Shown here: positions 44,969 through 45,344 of the stretch, one piece after another
Layout of the letters: the number at the start of each line of letters is the position of its first letter
How positions within the stretch are numbered: the first letter of the stretch is position 1
Assembly: GCA_964387445.1 (NCBI GenBank)
Contig: CAYLXG010000002.1
Location: 1 to 45,344, forward strand
Length of the DNA stretch: 45,344 bases
Direction: 5' to 3'
From: an uncultured bacterium
Lineage (GTDB): Bacteria > Fermentibacterota > Fermentibacteria > Fermentibacterales > JCC-6
Program-made: the position numbers and the translations under genes
The notes under the pieces: generated by a model
Told to the model about the DNA's origin: nothing
Seen by the model: the letters and a program-made list of their open reading frames with translations, nothing else
Database searches by the model: none

Positions 44969-45344
44969 GTGGCTGTCCTGTGGGCGTGGCACTCCACGCA
45001 TACCGTTACCGGAAGCGAAGCCATGTGGCACGGGGCGGTGAGTATCCTGGTCTCCAGCACGGTGCATCTTCCTCCGAAGCCCTGGGGGCCGATACCCAGC
45101 AGGTTGAGCCTTTCAGTGACCCTTTGCTCAAGCCCCTTGAGGTATCCGTCGCAGTTGGGCTCTCCGGCCTTCCGCAGAAGTGCCCTTTTAGCGAGTATCC
45201 CGCTGAATTCCAGCGTTCCGCCGGCGCCGATCCCCAGAAAAAGGGGAGGACAGGCCCTGGAAGCCCCGGAGAGAACACAGCTCTCCGCAAGGGGGTGCGA
45301 GGGTATCGGTTGCGCTTCAGGCGTCGTTCGAGGCTGCCAGTACC
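44956..45344 (-). CDS. class I fumarate hydratase, alpha subunit, C-terminal part (gene runs off the right edge)
   Basis: Not in the ORF track in this frame. My translation gives ...ACPPLFLGIGAGGTLEFSGILAKRALLRKAGEPN...LNLLGIGPQGFGGRCTVLETRILTAPCHMASLPVTVCVECHAHRTATCEI*, the GIGGT / LGIGPQG / ASLPV..C.AHR pattern. It overlaps the beta subunit start by 13 nt. Confidence 0.8.
   Translation of the reverse strand, partial: YWQPRTTPEAQPIPSHPLAESCVLSGASRACPPLFLGIGAGGTLEFSGILAKRALLRKAGEPNCDGYLKGLEQRVTERLNLLGIGPQGFGGRCTVLETRILTAPCHMASLPVTVCVECHAHRTATCEI

Noticed and set aside
45006-45290. 94-aa ORF near the right edge
   Set aside because: It is an off-frame read of the fumarate hydratase alpha-subunit gene. 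The correct frame gives GIGAGGT...LGIGPQGFGG...ASLPV.

Overview
GC-rich, very tightly packed bacterial chromosome segment, probably from an uncultivated lineage. About 55 protein genes and 2 tRNAs, most on the minus strand and many joined by 1-4 nt start/stop overlaps (ATGA, TGATG, GTGA, TTGA). All calls rest on motifs I recognise in the supplied translations and on my own reading of the DNA; no database search was possible. Most of the content is housekeeping. That includes cysS (partial), trpS, an AmgK/MurU-like sugar-1-P activation pair, GH57, and truA/rluD/ppiC. It also includes a pfk-gap-pgk::tpi glycolytic block with a fused PGK-TIM, a type I-beta DAHP synthase, mltG/ruvX, a NatAB-like ABC transporter, malic enzyme and a split class I fumarase. 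I saw no CRISPR array, integrase, transposase, rRNA or recognisable defence genes, so no clear-cut new system can be claimed. The best candidates for a second look are: (1) a STAS / RsbW-like kinase / PP2C partner-switching trio whose phosphatase is a 1205-aa P-loop NTPase + HEAT-repeat protein, with no sigma factor nearby. (2) Three tandem 68-69 bp hairpin units built from the acceptor-stem sequence of the adjacent tRNA-Gly, including a perfect 17-bp inverted repeat that sequesters the tRNA 3' CCA end. (3) A degenerate AroQ chorismate-mutase-like domain fused to the C-terminus of an adenylate-forming ligase, 1 nt ahead of an otherwise unregulated DAHP synthase. (4) A hybrid histidine-kinase-like protein whose H-box His is Asn, translationally coupled to the ABC transporter. 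(5) A NapH-like membrane polyferredoxin coupled by ATGA to a periplasmic TlpA-like thioredoxin. The many long antisense or off-frame ORFs in the track look like high-GC artefacts.
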